Positions 1-11,386 of a DNA stretch of 64,000 nt are shown one piece after another. Position numbers and translations under genes: made by a program. The notes beneath the pieces were generated by a model. The model saw nothing but the letters and a program-made list of their open reading frames with translations, had not been told where the DNA came from and searched no databases. Numbering within the stretch: position 1 is the first letter of the stretch; each line of letters begins with the position of its first letter. Origin of the DNA: Truepera sp. (lineage in GTDB: Bacteria; Deinococcota; Deinococci; Deinococcales; Trueperaceae); assembly GCA_965218435.1 (NCBI GenBank), contig CBDCKW010000005.1, forward strand, positions 64,001-128,000, read 5' to 3'.

Positions 1-8
1 TTGTGTAT

Positions 9-311
9 TCAGTTGAGGGTGTGCTCGCCCTGTCCTACTGGCGTTTGCTGGGCGTGCTCGGCTCGCTCGAGCAGCTCCTGATTTTCTCTTCTCTTGAGCT
101 CGATGAAGCGACCCAGTATCCCGCGCCGTTCCAGTTCCCAGCGCAGCTCGTTGAGTGGAGTTTGTAACGACATGACGTTCTTCATGTCGCCTACGCGCAG
201 AGCGCGAACTACCTCGGTGCTGATGTGGTTGTAGGCGAAGATGAGGGGGAACAGTTCGAGCCGCTGCGGGTCGGTGAGGTCCAGGGAGAGAGTCACTTTA
301 GCGTCCTTCAT
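9..311 (-). CDS. hypothetical protein
   Basis: 100-aa ORF immediately downstream of the DsbA-like gene; no motif recognised. Confidence 0.5.
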   Translation of the reverse strand: MKDAKVTLSLDLTDPQRLELFPLIFAYNHISTEVVRALRVGDMKNVMSLQTPLNELRWELERRGILGRFIELKRRENQELLERAEHAQQTPVGQGEHTLN

Positions 312-314
312 TAA

Positions 315-909
315 CTAAGCCTTGGATGGTGTTCCAGTCGGGGTTGGCGTAGGCTTGACCTTGCACCACCACGGTGGGCGTTCCCCGAATGCCGATCCCC
401 TGGCGCACAAGGTGTTCTGTTCGACCTCCTGAGCAGTCGAGCCTTTCTCAAGACACCCGCGCAAGGGTTGCGACTCGAGCCCTCGCTTACCGGCCAGCTT
501 GACCAGCGCCTCTTGGTTCACGCCGGGCATCTCGAAAAAAGCGCTTCATGTAGGGCTGAAAACGCTGCCTCTCCCTGCCTTGCCGCGCAGAGTGCGGCCG
601 CCGCGGTAAGTTTCGAGTCTCACCCAGCATCCCGATGGGAACGACGGTGAAGCTTAGGTCTCCGTTAGCAACGAGGGACTCGGCTTCTGGTATGACCTGT
701 CCCTCGAACGTCCGGCAGTGGGGGCAGCGGTAGTCGGTCAAGACAACCATGCTTTCCGGGGTGTCGACCTGCCCTAGCGTGAGCCCGTGAAGGTTTCGCA
801 GGGTGTCCACCTTGAAGGGAGCGCGGGCGCGGTAGGCGCTGCTTCCGAGGTAGAGCAGGGAGAGTGCGGAGAGGACGATGCCGGTTGTGAGGGTAAGACG
901 CCTGTTCAT
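315..909 (-). pseudogene. DsbA/thioredoxin-fold protein, frameshifted
   Basis: N-terminal TM/signal and TDYRCPHC motif; C-terminal GIRGTPTVVV (cis-Pro loop) lies in other frames near 360-400. Confidence 0.7.
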
Positions 910-1080
910 AGCATTACCCTAGAGACTTTTGGAAAAGCGCGCACTGTTAAGCAGGGAGGACGTCCAGAACGCACTTCTGGCAACCTCTCAGCCCTGTGAG
1001 ACCCCATCGTCGGATGCGTTTTCCCTTAACAGCTCGTGGGGCGCGGTTCCCTTATTACCTTGCGAACAGGAGGTGAGGAA

Positions 1081-1281
1081 ATGGAAGGAACGACGAGCAA
1101 GCCGAGAAAGCCTCAGCTCGGTGAGGTCTTGGAGGCCGAGGTGCTGGCGACGTACTTGAAGCAGCGGCGGGGAACACTCGTCCCGTACCGCGACCGCATC
1201 ACTGTTTCAATGGGCTTTGGTGAGGAGGGCTTCGATCTGGTACGGGTGGCGCAGGGTGTGCGCTGGCAACGGACAAGATAG
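1081..1281 (+). CDS. small hypothetical protein
   Basis: AGGAGGTGAGG RBS before ATG 1081; co-oriented with the next gene. Confidence 0.45.
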   Translation: MEGTTSKPRKPQLGEVLEAEVLATYLKQRRGTLVPYRDRITVSMGFGEEGFDLVRVAQGVRWQRTR

Positions 1282-1289
1282 GGAGGATC

Positions 1290-2075
1290 ATGCACGACAC
1301 CGAATCTATTCAGCGTAAGCACGAGCGCCTGAAGATGTCGCCTCCCGACCCGCGTATCCATCAGGTCCGGGGGCAGGCGGCTCTGGACCTCGCCAGAGCG
1401 AAGGACTACACGCTCGAGGTGGACATTCAGGTGTGGCGTGCGCACACCGGGGCGCTTTATTACGACAACTTCTATGATGTGGAGCTGGACAGCGCGGACA
1501 TGAAACAGCTGCTCCGGGACGGTTTCGTGGAGGGGGACTTCTTTCTCAACCTGGGTGTGGATGAGGCGACCGAGGATGCTCTTGTACTTGAGCTGTTCGA
1601 CGCCACCGAGCCCGAGGCGGACGGTTACAGGAGCGTGCAAGAGATCATCGGGTTCACCCGGGTCGAGCCGCTCTTCGTGGGTTCGTTGCTGAGCTGGGGC
1701 AGGGTCGGTGAAGCGCTGCTGCGCCTGACAAAGCAGGGGACGTTAGAAATCTTCCAGAAAGACGTCCATCCCATTGACCTCGACAACGCGTACCGTTACG
1801 CGGACGTCTCGAGGGAGCCGCCGCTAACCGAGGAGCAGGTGGGCAAGTTTCAGGAGCTTTTGCGGGAGCCTTACCTGGACGATGACGACCTGAGGGTGCT
1901 GGTGCGCTCTTCGCACCTGGCTTTTGCGGAGGGTGTCGAGGCGGAGCTGAGGGAGCGGCTTGCTGAAGGGAGTGAGGCGTCGGTTCGTGCGGGCAGCGTG
2001 GTGCTCGCACTTGCGGACTGGGCACGAAGAGAGGTGGAGCGCGGGGGTAAGGGTCAGGTTCTAGTGACACGGTAG
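1290..2075 (+). CDS. acidic hypothetical protein
   Basis: 261-aa ORF with GGAGG RBS; no family recognised. Confidence 0.7.
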   Translation: MHDTESIQRKHERLKMSPPDPRIHQVRGQAALDLARAKDYTLEVDIQVWRAHTGALYYDNFYDVELDSADMKQLLRDGFVEGDFFLNLGVDEATEDALVLELFDATEPEADGYRSVQEIIGFTRVEPLFVGSLLSWGRVGEALLRLTKQGTLEIFQKDVHPIDLDNAYRYADVSREPPLTEEQVGKFQELLREPYLDDDDLRVLVRSSHLAFAEGVEAELRERLAEGSEASVRAGSVVLALADWARREVERGGKGQVLVTR

Positions 2076-2259
2076 CGGTCGTTGTTGGGCTTCCTTGGCA
2101 CGCTAGCGAGTCGAAGCGGTACTCGTCCGGCCAGAGCCTTGCGGTTAGGCAGCGGTCTTTGTTATGCGGTACTCGGGCCGGAATTACGCGAACTTAAACT
2201 CGTACCAAGCGGTGTACACGTTACGCGACCTGCTGCACCGATTTAGCCTCTGGAGTCCC

Positions 2260-2829
2260 TTAGGGCTGCAAAAGGTCAATTAACCGTTCTGCACCTTTGT
2301 AGGCGTCCGTCAGCCCCTTTTCTCGACGCATCCGCCCGCCCGCCTGAAGGTCGATCAGCCCGTGAACCGAGGCGTAGATCAGGCCGGTCAGTTCCACGTT
2401 GGGCACGCCAGGAAGGCTGCCTACGTCTTGACACCCCTGCACGATAGCGGCGAACTCAGCAAAGGACTTAAGAGCCGCCGCCTCGAGGTCGTGTTCGTCA
2501 CCTTGCGCCGCGATGTCCGGGTCGCTGAAAAGAAGTCGGTAGCGTGCGGGGTACTGCTGACCGTAAGAGACGAACACCCTGAGCGCCCGCTTCAGCTTCA
2601 CGAGCGGGTCTAGAGGTAGCTGCCGTAGCTCGGCGAACGCGGTGGTCAGCGCCGCAAAGTCTTGCAGTGCTACAGCTCGGAGGAGTGCACTCCGGTCCTC
2701 GAAATGCTTGTACGGGGCGTTGTGCGACATTCCCACTGCCTGCGCTACGGCCCGAATGGTTACGGCAGCCTCGCCGCCGGTGTCGAGCAGCGAGGCTGCT
2801 GCAGCGACGAGCCGCTGGTCAGTTCTCAC
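2260..2829 (-). CDS. TetR/AcrR family regulator (WHG-type C-terminus)
   Basis: TIRAVAQAVGMSHNAPYKHF HTH; YASVHGL. Confidence 0.9.
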   Translation of the reverse strand: MRTDQRLVAAAASLLDTGGEAAVTIRAVAQAVGMSHNAPYKHFEDRSALLRAVALQDFAALTTAFAELRQLPLDPLVKLKRALRVFVSYGQQYPARYRLLFSDPDIAAQGDEHDLEAAALKSFAEFAAIVQGCQDVGSLPGVPNVELTGLIYASVHGLIDLQAGGRMRREKGLTDAYKGAERLIDLLQP

Positions 2830-3039
2830 TGAAGGTCCAAGGACCGCTTGTTGGCTTGAGGCCGACCGAGTTGTTCAGAATTTCACCGTAAGTTAATTGC
2901 TTGAGCTGCGTCATACGAAATTTTAGACGACCGCGCCGCCCAGCACGAGCCGGGCTTGTTCGCACGCCTCTTAGCACTCCCTAAACCGAGGCTGGTACCG
3001 CCCCCGACGGTATCGCTACCGACAAGACCGCTGCGGGTG

Positions 3040-3906
3040 CTATAAATTTCCTGGGCGGGCGGTGAGGCCCAAGTTTCTAGTGACGAAGCGGTCGAATGTG
3101 GCGTCGCTCAGCAGGCCCGCCACGCGCGCCATGAGTTTAGCGTCACGCCCGACGAGGTAACGTGTGCGTGGCCTGCGCGCCTCGATGGCATCAGCAATTA
3201 CCTTTGCCGCGCGGAGCGGTTCGATACCGCTACCTGCCTGAACCTTCGACTGCTTATGCATGGCAGCAACTAGGTCGCCGTAGTGCGCGTGCTGCTCGGC
3301 GGTCATAGTGGCCGACAGCTTGTCCATGGTTGCGATACCCTTGCCCCACATGGGGGTAGCGATGGTCCCGGGTTCGATGACGATGACCTTGACACCGACC
3401 CGACCGACCTCGCGCCTGAGCACGTCGCTGAAACCCTCCAACGCAAACTTCGCAGCGGCGTAAGCGCCGTAGGTCGGAAAGGCGACCCGTCCGCCGATGG
3501 AGGAGACGTTGACGAGGCGTCCGTCACTACCTTCGATCAGAGCGGGTAGCAGGGCTTGCACGACTGAGACGTGCCCGAAGAAGTTTACGTCGAAGTGCCG
3601 TCGCCACTCAGCCAAGGGGATCGCCTCCACCGGAGCGTTGAGCGCAACGCCAGCATTGTTGACCAAGGCATTGAGACGGCGTCCCTGCGGGTCATGAGCG
3701 GCGCGGTCGGCCAGCGCCGCGACCTGCGCCTCGTCGGTGATGTCCACGATTACCGGCTCAACGTTTTCGCTAGCTAGTCGGTCGGCGTCTTCATGTTTGC
3801 GGACCCCCGCTAAGACATGGAATCCGCGGCGTGCGAGCTCTTGGGTGGTTGCAAGGCCAATGCCGGAGGACGCTCCTGTTACGACAGCCATTTTGTTGGT
3901 GTTCAT
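3040..3906 (-). CDS. short-chain dehydrogenase/reductase
   Basis: TGASSGIG, NNAG, YAAAK. Confidence 0.93.
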   Translation of the reverse strand: MNTNKMAVVTGASSGIGLATTQELARRGFHVLAGVRKHEDADRLASENVEPVIVDITDEAQVAALADRAAHDPQGRRLNALVNNAGVALNAPVEAIPLAEWRRHFDVNFFGHVSVVQALLPALIEGSDGRLVNVSSIGGRVAFPTYGAYAAAKFALEGFSDVLRREVGRVGVKVIVIEPGTIATPMWGKGIATMDKLSATMTAEQHAHYGDLVAAMHKQSKVQAGSGIEPLRAAKVIADAIEARRPRTRYLVGRDAKLMARVAGLLSDATFDRFVTRNLGLTARPGNL

Positions 3907-3975
3907 CTCTGTTAACTCCTTTAATGCACTCCGGACGACTAGAGGAAGTGCCGTCGGAATTCCGCAACCGCCTTG

Positions 3976-4019
3976 GTTGTCATTGTCAACCCTACTCTAA
4001 GGAGTTGTCATTGTCAACC
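3976..4019 (-). promoter_or_regulatory. sigma70 promoter with tandem TetR-type operators
   Basis: GTTGTCATTGTCAACC at 3976 and 4004; minus strand TTGACA-N17-TAGGGT. Confidence 0.7.
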
Positions 4020-4169
4020 TTTCAATAGATAACCTTCCAGCACAGCTTGAACGCGGCTTGACAAGCCACGAGATGCCGAAAGAAAAAATAGCGGTGTGCG
4101 GTCATTGAGCGCGACGCTGCCATAGACTTTGCTACTTCACGGGTATCTTGAACGACCTCTAGACAAACT

Positions 4170-5006
4170 ATGGTCTGGAGTTTTTTTTGGACCAAAGCTC
4201 CAAACCCACGCTCACCACTGCCATTCGTTCCTATCTCGAGGCAAAACGCCTTGACGGGTATAGCCCCCGGACACTTTACTCGTACCGCCGACAACTGCAG
4301 CACCTCGCCGTGCATTTGGGAAGCGATACGCTCGTCGATCGGATTCGACTCGAATATCTTCGCCCTTACCTATCCAGCTTCACGCATTTGAAGACGTCGA
4401 GTCTGGCAAATAGGGTTCGGGTCGTCAAGGTGTTCTTCAAGTGGCTGCACGAAGAAGAGGTGTTGTTACGAAACCCTGCAGTAAAGCTTAAAGAGCCTCG
4501 GCTTCCTCACTGCATCCCGAAAGCATTGTCCACCGAGGAGATCGAGTTGTTGGGTGACGCCTGTAAGAGTCCGCCCGAGCACGCCCTCACCGAGTTCTTC
4601 TTCGCCACCGGTTGCTGGGTCGGAGAGTTTCACGCCCTTGACCAGGATTAACGTGAACTGGACCCAACGGAGTGCCATCGTGCTGGGTAAGGGCAACAAA
4701 GAGCGAGAAGTTTACTTCGGTGCAAAGGCGGCTTTGTGGCTCAAGCGCTATCTCGATAGTCGCGGGGATTTGAGCCCCGCACTCTTCGTCACCGACCGAC
4801 GTCGGGCACAAAAAGACGGTGGTTTGAGCCGACAGCGCTTGAGCATCTCCCAAATGCAGCGCGTCTTCAAGCGCGTGGCTGCCAGGTGCGGCCTTGCAAC
4901 GCGGGTGACGCCGCACGTTCTTCGGCATACTCTAGCGACAGCGACCCTTCTACTGAACCAGGACGCGCCCATCGCGGCGGTGCAGTCGATCCTGGGGCAC
5001 GCCTAG
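4170..5006 (+). pseudogene. XerD-like tyrosine recombinase, disrupted
   Basis: SAM-like N domain, GKGNKER, TPHVLRHT, ILGHA; frameshifts, catalytic Arg reads W (TGCWVGE), stop before catalytic Tyr. Confidence 0.85.
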
Positions 5007-5485
5007 CTCGCATGAGGTAACCGTAAAAGGCTGGAACGTCCAAGCTAATTCCCTCCGGTTTTAGGAAAGCTGACGAAATCAGTTGCGAGCTTGTGGGTAA
5101 CGTTTTTTGTCTGCATTACAACAGGCATATGTCCTCCGACACGGCTTACGAACCGCGCTCAAATCAGAAGTGGGTTGTGAGGCTGTCCGGAGACCCGCGA
5201 TGGTAACATTGTAGCAAGGTTTCAAGCAAGTTTGTTCGACACTTGCGCCGCTAAACTGCCCATTCGCAGCACAAGGGACATGTTTAGAACGCGCTCGTTA
5301 ACTGCATAAGACTACGTGCAATGGAACGTAGCTGCTTGACTACTTTAGCGGCAAGAAAAAGGGCGTTAACTTGCATTTTGGTCGTGGAGGCCCCACGCTG
5401 ATGCTGCTTTATAGCTTAGTCACGCTACGCCGAAAAGAGTCCACACTGTTTGAGAAATATCATGACGGAAACCTCGTGATAACCG

Positions 5486-6256
5486 CTACTGAAAGCTCGC
5501 CTCGAACACCTTGATGATGCGCCCCTCGAACCCCAGGTAAAGGAAGAGAATGGGGAGTGTCGTGACGAGGGCGGCCGCGCCCAAGAGACCCCACTCGAGC
5601 GGCCTACTCCTCAGCAAATCGCTCAAAAAGACCTGTACCGTCGGCAGGGCGTTGGCCATCACTCTCGGGTACAGCACCAGGTTCCAGTGCGCGGCGAAGG
5701 CGAGAATGCCGGCGGCGAGGAGTTCGGGGCGGAGGAGCGGCGCGAGCACGCGAGCCATGAGTGTCACTTCGTCGGCTCCGTCGAGCCGCGCGGCCTCTAC
5801 AAGCTCCCACGGCAGACGCCGCAGCGCCTGGAGCAGCAGAAAGATGACCAGAGGGCTCCCCAAAAAGGGAATGACGAGCGCGGCCAAGGTGTCGAGTAGG
5901 CCGAAGCCCTGAAGCTCACGGTAGAGGGGGATAAGCAGCAGTTCAGAAGGGAGCGCGAGCGCCAGCAAGACAAGACCCGTCACGGGCACACCGGTACGGA
6001 TGGCATAGGCCGCCATAAGACCAAAGGCTAGTTGACCGCAGACGGTAAGGCTGCTCGCCAAGAGCGACACGAGCAGCGCACGTCCCACGCCTGTCCCCGC
6101 GAGATCAATAAAGTTGCCGAGGCTGAACCCCGTCGGCACGAGCCGCGCGCTCAGCATCGCTTCGGTTGGCAAAAAGGCGGCGTAGAGAAGCCACGCAAGC
6201 GGCAGCGCCACAAACACGCAGAACATCGCGGTGACGAGGCGGTTGAAGATCTTCAT
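5486..6256 (-). CDS. carbohydrate ABC permease
   Basis: EAARLDGA loop and TM helices. Confidence 0.92.
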   Translation of the reverse strand: MKIFNRLVTAMFCVFVALPLAWLLYAAFLPTEAMLSARLVPTGFSLGNFIDLAGTGVGRALLVSLLASSLTVCGQLAFGLMAAYAIRTGVPVTGLVLLALALPSELLLIPLYRELQGFGLLDTLAALVIPFLGSPLVIFLLLQALRRLPWELVEAARLDGADEVTLMARVLAPLLRPELLAAGILAFAAHWNLVLYPRVMANALPTVQVFLSDLLRSRPLEWGLLGAAALVTTLPILFLYLGFEGRIIKVFEASFQ

Positions 6257-7146
6257 GCACGGCTCCGGGTCATCAGGATGCGCGCTTGCAGAAACGCCAC
6301 GACCAGTGTCAGGGCAAGTATCAACACCGTGAGCGCCGCACCGTAGCCGAGTTGCAGGCGCTCAAAGGCCGTCTCGTAGAGGTAGTAGCCGACGACACGG
6401 GTGCTGCCGAACGGTGCGCCTTTGGTGAGCAAAAAGACCGCGGTGTAGGATTGAATGGCAAAGACCGTGCCAATAACGATGAGAAACAGAAGCGTCGGGC
6501 GCAGCAGCGGGTTTACGATGAGGCGCTGCACCTGCGCCTCGCTGGCCCCGTCGATGCGGGCTGCCTCCTTGACTCCGGTGGGAATCCCCTTGAGGGCCGC
6601 CGACACTACTAATACGCCGTAGCCCGTGCTCTGCCAGAGCGTAAAGAGCACAACGTAGAGGAGCGCCGCCCAAGGCTCCGTGTTCCAGGGGAGCGATAGA
6701 CCAGTCAGCTCCCGAACGAGGCCGTAGTCGGGGTTGTAGAGCGAATACCAGGCAATGGCCGACCCACCGACGGTGACGAGGCCGGGAAAAAAGAGCAGCG
6801 CCTTGATGGAGCGCTCGAGTGGCGTGCCGTCGATGGCAAGCGCAATGGTCCGCGACAGCCAGAGAAAGGCCGGCAGCATGCACACCGCGAAGAGGAAGGT
6901 GGTGCGGAGCGAACGCCCCAGTTCCGCGTCCTGCAACAGGTACCCAAAGTTGGCGGTGCCGACCCGAACGGGTTCAGACAACCCCGACCAGTCCCAGGTA
7001 GCGTAACGCACTACCGACACGAGCGGGATGAGGAGGAAGGTGACGAGCACCAGGAGGGCGGGCAGCGCCAGCCACCAGGCGCGGGGAAGCCGGCGGCGCC
7101 TCCGGCGTGACCGCGAAGGGATTACGGGGTGTTCGAGGCGACTCAT
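6253..7146 (-). CDS. carbohydrate ABC permease
   Basis: EAARIDGA; start placed at MSRLEH. Confidence 0.9.
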   Translation of the reverse strand: MSRLEHPVIPSRSRRRRRRLPRAWWLALPALLVLVTFLLIPLVSVVRYATWDWSGLSEPVRVGTANFGYLLQDAELGRSLRTTFLFAVCMLPAFLWLSRTIALAIDGTPLERSIKALLFFPGLVTVGGSAIAWYSLYNPDYGLVRELTGLSLPWNTEPWAALLYVVLFTLWQSTGYGVLVVSAALKGIPTGVKEAARIDGASEAQVQRLIVNPLLRPTLLFLIVIGTVFAIQSYTAVFLLTKGAPFGSTRVVGYYLYETAFERLQLGYGAALTVLILALTLVVAFLQARILMTRSRA

Positions 7147-7157
7147 GGACCGTTTGC

Positions 7158-7738
7158 CTAAAAAAGCACCCGCACGCCTAGGGCGAGGGGTAAGTGATCG
7201 GTGCTTACGAACTCTATGGCGAGGCTCTCTGCGTCGAAGTAGTAGCGCAGCCCTATCGCCCATGCAAGCGAAAACCCCCGCTCTGACGCGTAGCCGGGCG
7301 CTAGATATAAAGATGCGGTCATCGGCAGCCGGAGGCTGAAAAGCAGATCGGTGCCGAGCAAAGGACCCACGTGCAGGCGAGGCCATCTGGTCCGTAGCCC
7401 GTATCTGCGCCTAGACCTAGCGCGAGCGGCGGCGTGGTGCCGAAAGCCGGAAAGACGAGCGCCGATCCTGCAATCTTGAAACCCACCTCGGCAAGATCTG
7501 TGAGGGGAGCGTACGCCTCGAGCCCCAACGACAGGTCGAGGTAGCGCACCGGCAGGATGGTTTCAAAGCCCACTGTCCCCCCCACCGTGCCACCGCTATA
7601 GCTGAGGGCGGCAAAAACAGCGTCCTCGGGAAAGACGGAAGGGTTAGCTCGGACGCTCGTCAGCGAGAGGGCACAAACTACCAGCAGCGTCAGCTCGAAA
7701 TAAGAAATCGGGCGCTGGAGAGGTTGGAAGCGTGCCAT
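7158..7738 (-). pseudogene. putative outer-membrane beta-barrel protein, one frameshift near 7380
   Basis: Signal peptide, alternating amphipathic strands, terminal Phe; split over two ORFs. Confidence 0.55.
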
Positions 7739-8946
7739 CAGCGGCTCTCCAGGGCGCGGCGCTGTGCCTCTTCGAGTGCGACCTCAGGCGGCACGCCGCC
7801 CCGCAAGCACTTCTCGAGCGCCTCCTCTAAAAATCCCTGCCAGACCGCGTACGCGCCGACGCGGGGCCGAGGGACGGCGTGCTCGAGCTGCGCGAGCGCC
7901 ACCCGCCGGCTCGGGTCTTCTTGATACCAAGGCTCGAGCAGGGGCAGCGCAGCCCGTCTGGTGGGTAGATAGTACGAAGCCTCCACCCACGTTACCTGGT
8001 TCTCGGGCTGCATCAAGAACTGCCAGAACGCCACTGCGCCCCGGCGCTCCGCTTCGGTAGCGCTTTTAAGGACCACTAGCTGCGCGCCTATCAGCGGCAC
8101 GGCGGCGCTCCCCCCTGTCGGCACCGGCGCGACGGCCGGTCTAAAAGCCACCGAGTAACGCTGCCCCTCAGGCCAGAAGGCGATGCTAGCAAAGGCCATC
8201 ATCCCCTTTGTGCGGACGAAGTCAACAAGCGCGACGTCGAGTTCGGCAAAGCTGTGTACTGTAGCGTGTCCCTCGTCGGCGATGCGCTTAAGCATCGAGA
8301 GGGCGTCTACTGCTTCGGAGCTGTTAAAGTCAGGCTGGCCCTCCTCTGTCACGATGCTCCCCCCGCGTGTGCTGACCATCATCTCGAAGATGAATGCTGT
8401 GCTGACGTGGATGTAGCCTTCGGTCTGCCGGGTCGTCAGGCTCGCCGCCGCCGCCTCGAACTCCGCCCAGGTCGTCGGCACGGCGACGCCCAGCTGCTCG
8501 AAGGCGGTGGCGTCATAAAACAGCACCGGTAGCGACAGCGTCCAGGGAAGGCCGTAACGCCTACCTTCAAGTTCACCGGCGTGCCATAGCGACGGGTAAA
8601 TATCATCGACCAACGTTTCTGGAAGCGCCGCGCTTAGGTCGCTCAGGTCAGCAAGTACCCCCTCCTCGACCAACCGCGGAAATACGGTGACCTCCGCATT
8701 AAAGAGCACTGGTTGATATGCGCCGCCAAGGGCAGCGATCAATTTGATGGCCGCTTCCTGATAGTTGCCGACGTAGCGGGGTATGACACGGTACTCGTTC
8801 TGGGCAGCGTTAAACGCATCAGCAAGAGACTGAACGGTGCCTTGGGCGGCGTCCTGGGTGTGCCAGTACTCGATTACGGTCTGCGCTTCGCCAAAAGAAG
8901 CAAGGCAGATCACAAGAAGTGTCGTCAAGCGGTAAAGCACGGACAT
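7738..8946 (-). CDS. ABC solute-binding protein (sugar/UgpB-like)
   Basis: Signal peptide, IEYWH, YGLPW, VPTTWAE. Confidence 0.9.
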   Translation of the reverse strand: MSVLYRLTTLLVICLASFGEAQTVIEYWHTQDAAQGTVQSLADAFNAAQNEYRVIPRYVGNYQEAAIKLIAALGGAYQPVLFNAEVTVFPRLVEEGVLADLSDLSAALPETLVDDIYPSLWHAGELEGRRYGLPWTLSLPVLFYDATAFEQLGVAVPTTWAEFEAAAASLTTRQTEGYIHVSTAFIFEMMVSTRGGSIVTEEGQPDFNSSEAVDALSMLKRIADEGHATVHSFAELDVALVDFVRTKGMMAFASIAFWPEGQRYSVAFRPAVAPVPTGGSAAVPLIGAQLVVLKSATEAERRGAVAFWQFLMQPENQVTWVEASYYLPTRRAALPLLEPWYQEDPSRRVALAQLEHAVPRPRVGAYAVWQGFLEEALEKCLRGGVPPEVALEEAQRRALESR

Positions 8947-8973
8947 AAAACCTCCTCAAACAAAGACGGCAAG

Positions 8974-9423
8974 CTAGAAGTGAAAATTGACGCCGAGCCC
9001 GAGCCGTGCCCGGAGCGCTGCCGCACTAAAAGCGTAGATGGGTTGCGCCTCGGCAAAGAGCCCGACGATACCGGTGCGATATTCCAACCCCGCCGTAGCG
9101 TGTGCACCATAGTTCGCCTCGGCGACAAAGACGTTTGCATATAGGTCCAACCCGGCACCCAGATATCCGTGCGCTCCGCCTCCAAGCGGTTGTGCGTAAA
9201 GCAGGTCGGCGTGCACGGAGGAGGCAAGCAAAAACGTATCGAAAGCGGCCCTGAACTCGAGCGGCCCTGTCACCCGGATGCCCACCTGCAACCCCAGGTA
9301 CGGAAGCCTTTCAGCAGACTCGTCGAGTGAGCTGGCCCCGGCCAACCGAAGACCGATATAAGTGCTTTGAGCACCCGCGCAGGACAAGACAAAAAAGGTA
9401 AGCAGTGCCAACAACGTCTTCAT
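8974..9423 (-). CDS. small beta-barrel-like exported protein
   Basis: Signal peptide; HATAGLEY; ends LGVNFHF. Confidence 0.75.
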   Translation of the reverse strand: MKTLLALLTFFVLSCAGAQSTYIGLRLAGASSLDESAERLPYLGLQVGIRVTGPLEFRAAFDTFLLASSVHADLLYAQPLGGGAHGYLGAGLDLYANVFVAEANYGAHATAGLEYRTGIVGLFAEAQPIYAFSAAALRARLGLGVNFHF

Positions 9424-9520
9424 GGTTTCTCCGATACATGCCAGTGTGGCGCTTGGGTATTCAGTCTCCGAGTTAGCTTCTCGGTTTAACCTTGATTTGA
9501 CCTCGAGCATGAATGACCTT

Positions 9521-10006
9521 TTAGAAGTGGAAGTTGACGCCTAGATTGAGCTTCCCGAAAAAGCCCAAGCCACTATCCGGGTCGCCACTTAAGAGGTACT
9601 CCGGAGCATGTAAGACGTAGAGCGGTTGCATCTCGCCGAATAAACCGATACCGCTTCCCAGACTGTACTCGAGTCCGGCAGTCGCGTGCACACCGAAAAT
9701 CGACCCATCGTCGTAGAAGGCGACGGACCCCACATCACCGCCCACACCGCCGTAGGCCCTGAGCGTGTCGGACAGGATATATGAGTAGAAGAGGTCGATT
9801 TGTAAGAAATTGACTAAAAGAAAAGGGAGTCCCGAAACACGAAGCTCCACATTTTCGGCTACCGGTACGCCTACTTGCAGTTCAAAAAAAGGAAACACGC
9901 TGCCCGCGCCTATAATCCCGCTGAGTTGGAGTCCAAAATAAGAGCTTTGAGCCAGAGCGCCTGAACAGGTCAAGAGGGCAATTAAGACTAACAGATGACG
10001 TTTCAT
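9521..10006 (-). CDS. small beta-barrel-like exported protein (paralog of 8974-9423)
   Basis: Signal peptide; HATAGLEY; ends LGVNFHF. Confidence 0.75.
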   Translation of the reverse strand: MKRHLLVLIALLTCSGALAQSSYFGLQLSGIIGAGSVFPFFELQVGVPVAENVELRVSGLPFLLVNFLQIDLFYSYILSDTLRAYGGVGGDVGSVAFYDDGSIFGVHATAGLEYSLGSGIGLFGEMQPLYVLHAPEYLLSGDPDSGLGFFGKLNLGVNFHF

Positions 10007-10102
10007 CGTTCACTCCATCAGGGTAGTTCAGTATTAGCACATGTTGAGGGCAAATAAGTGTTTCTAGTACAGGCTCGAGAACCATCTGCGAGCCCATAAC
10101 CT

Positions 10103-11330
10103 TTACTGATCCGTCCAGACGCGACCTCCATACTTTGTTGCGAAGGCGGGTGAGGTAAGTGTCTATTTCACCGTGACGGCTCGAGCCGAGCGTCCCTCTC
10201 GTCTCACCAGTTGCGTACACGCCGGTACGGGTACTGATGACGGCTCCGGCACTGTCATATTCCGGCGTCGCCAAGCGCGTTTGCCAGATTTTCTTTCCCT
10301 TAGGCGTAAGCTTAATAACATAGCCGTCACTGTCTCCCGTAGGTGTTACGGTTTCACCACAGAAGACTACACCGCCACCACGCGCGTCTATGCTATAAAG
10401 ATAGTCGTTTCCACCAAGGTCAAACCGTTTGTCCCACAGTCTCGAGCCGTCCGTGTTAAATTTGACGACGCGCACGTCGCGGTTGTCAGGATCGCCGTGG
10501 TAGGTATAGTGTCCAGCCAGATAGACGCTGGAATCAAGACCCGCCAAGCCGAAGGCATTTTCAACCTTGCCGTAGTCGAGTCTCTTGGCCCAGGCGAGTG
10601 TGCGATCGGGCCTGTATTTGCGGATGGTGATGTCCGACTCTGTCAGCGTAGGTGACGAGACCGGCCCCAACCCGGCGACGTAAGCATTAGCCTCACGATC
10701 TGTTGCAACTGCAGTAGCGTAGTTATAGTCGAGGGTGCCGAACGTTCTCGACCAGACCTCATGACCGCTCGCGTCGAGCCTTTCAACGAGAGCGACTGCT
10801 TTCCCTGTCACTTCATCAAGCCTATGACCAACTACGTAGAGGCTGTCGCCGGAAACAGCAATGGAGCCCATATACTCCTGATTTTTGGTACCAAATTGCC
10901 GCCTCCAGAGGATTTTTCCGTTGGCGCTATATTTACGCACGAAGCCGTCGCTGCCCCCATACGAAGCACGCTCAAGCGCTCCCTCAGTGGCCCCTACCAC
11001 GTAAACGTTACCGCCTGCATCCGTAGCAGCCCCCCAAGCGTTGTCCACTTGTGCGGTGCCGAATTGCCTGGTCCACAGCACCCTCTTGTTAGCGTCGTAC
11101 TTGCGGATGAAGGCGTCACCAGCGACTTTTTGCCGATTATGCAGATCGCCGTCGGTCGTCCCCACGACGTAGACACCTGAACCGTAGCTCGCCAGTCCCC
11201 ACGCAATGTCATTCTCTGAGGTGCTGAATCCGGGAACCTGAACTGGTTTGGCTGGGTCAGCACCCCCGGCAGGCACCTGTATAAAGGTCACAAGAAATAA
11301 AAGGCTAAGCGTAACTAAAAACCTTCTCAT
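10103..11330 (-). CDS. secreted beta-propeller (SBBP-repeat) protein
   Basis: Repeats such as VYVVGxT..DAFIRKY..WTRQFGT; probable frameshift near 10135 (tail GGRVWTDQ*). Confidence 0.8.
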
Positions 11331-11386
11331 CCGACATCTCCCTGTTGCTTTCATAACTCCGTCGCTAGCTCAGCTGCCTTGGTCAG

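Noticed and set aside
4170..5006. Integrase as the active driver of the cassettes
   Set aside because: It is frameshifted and lacks the catalytic Arg and Tyr.
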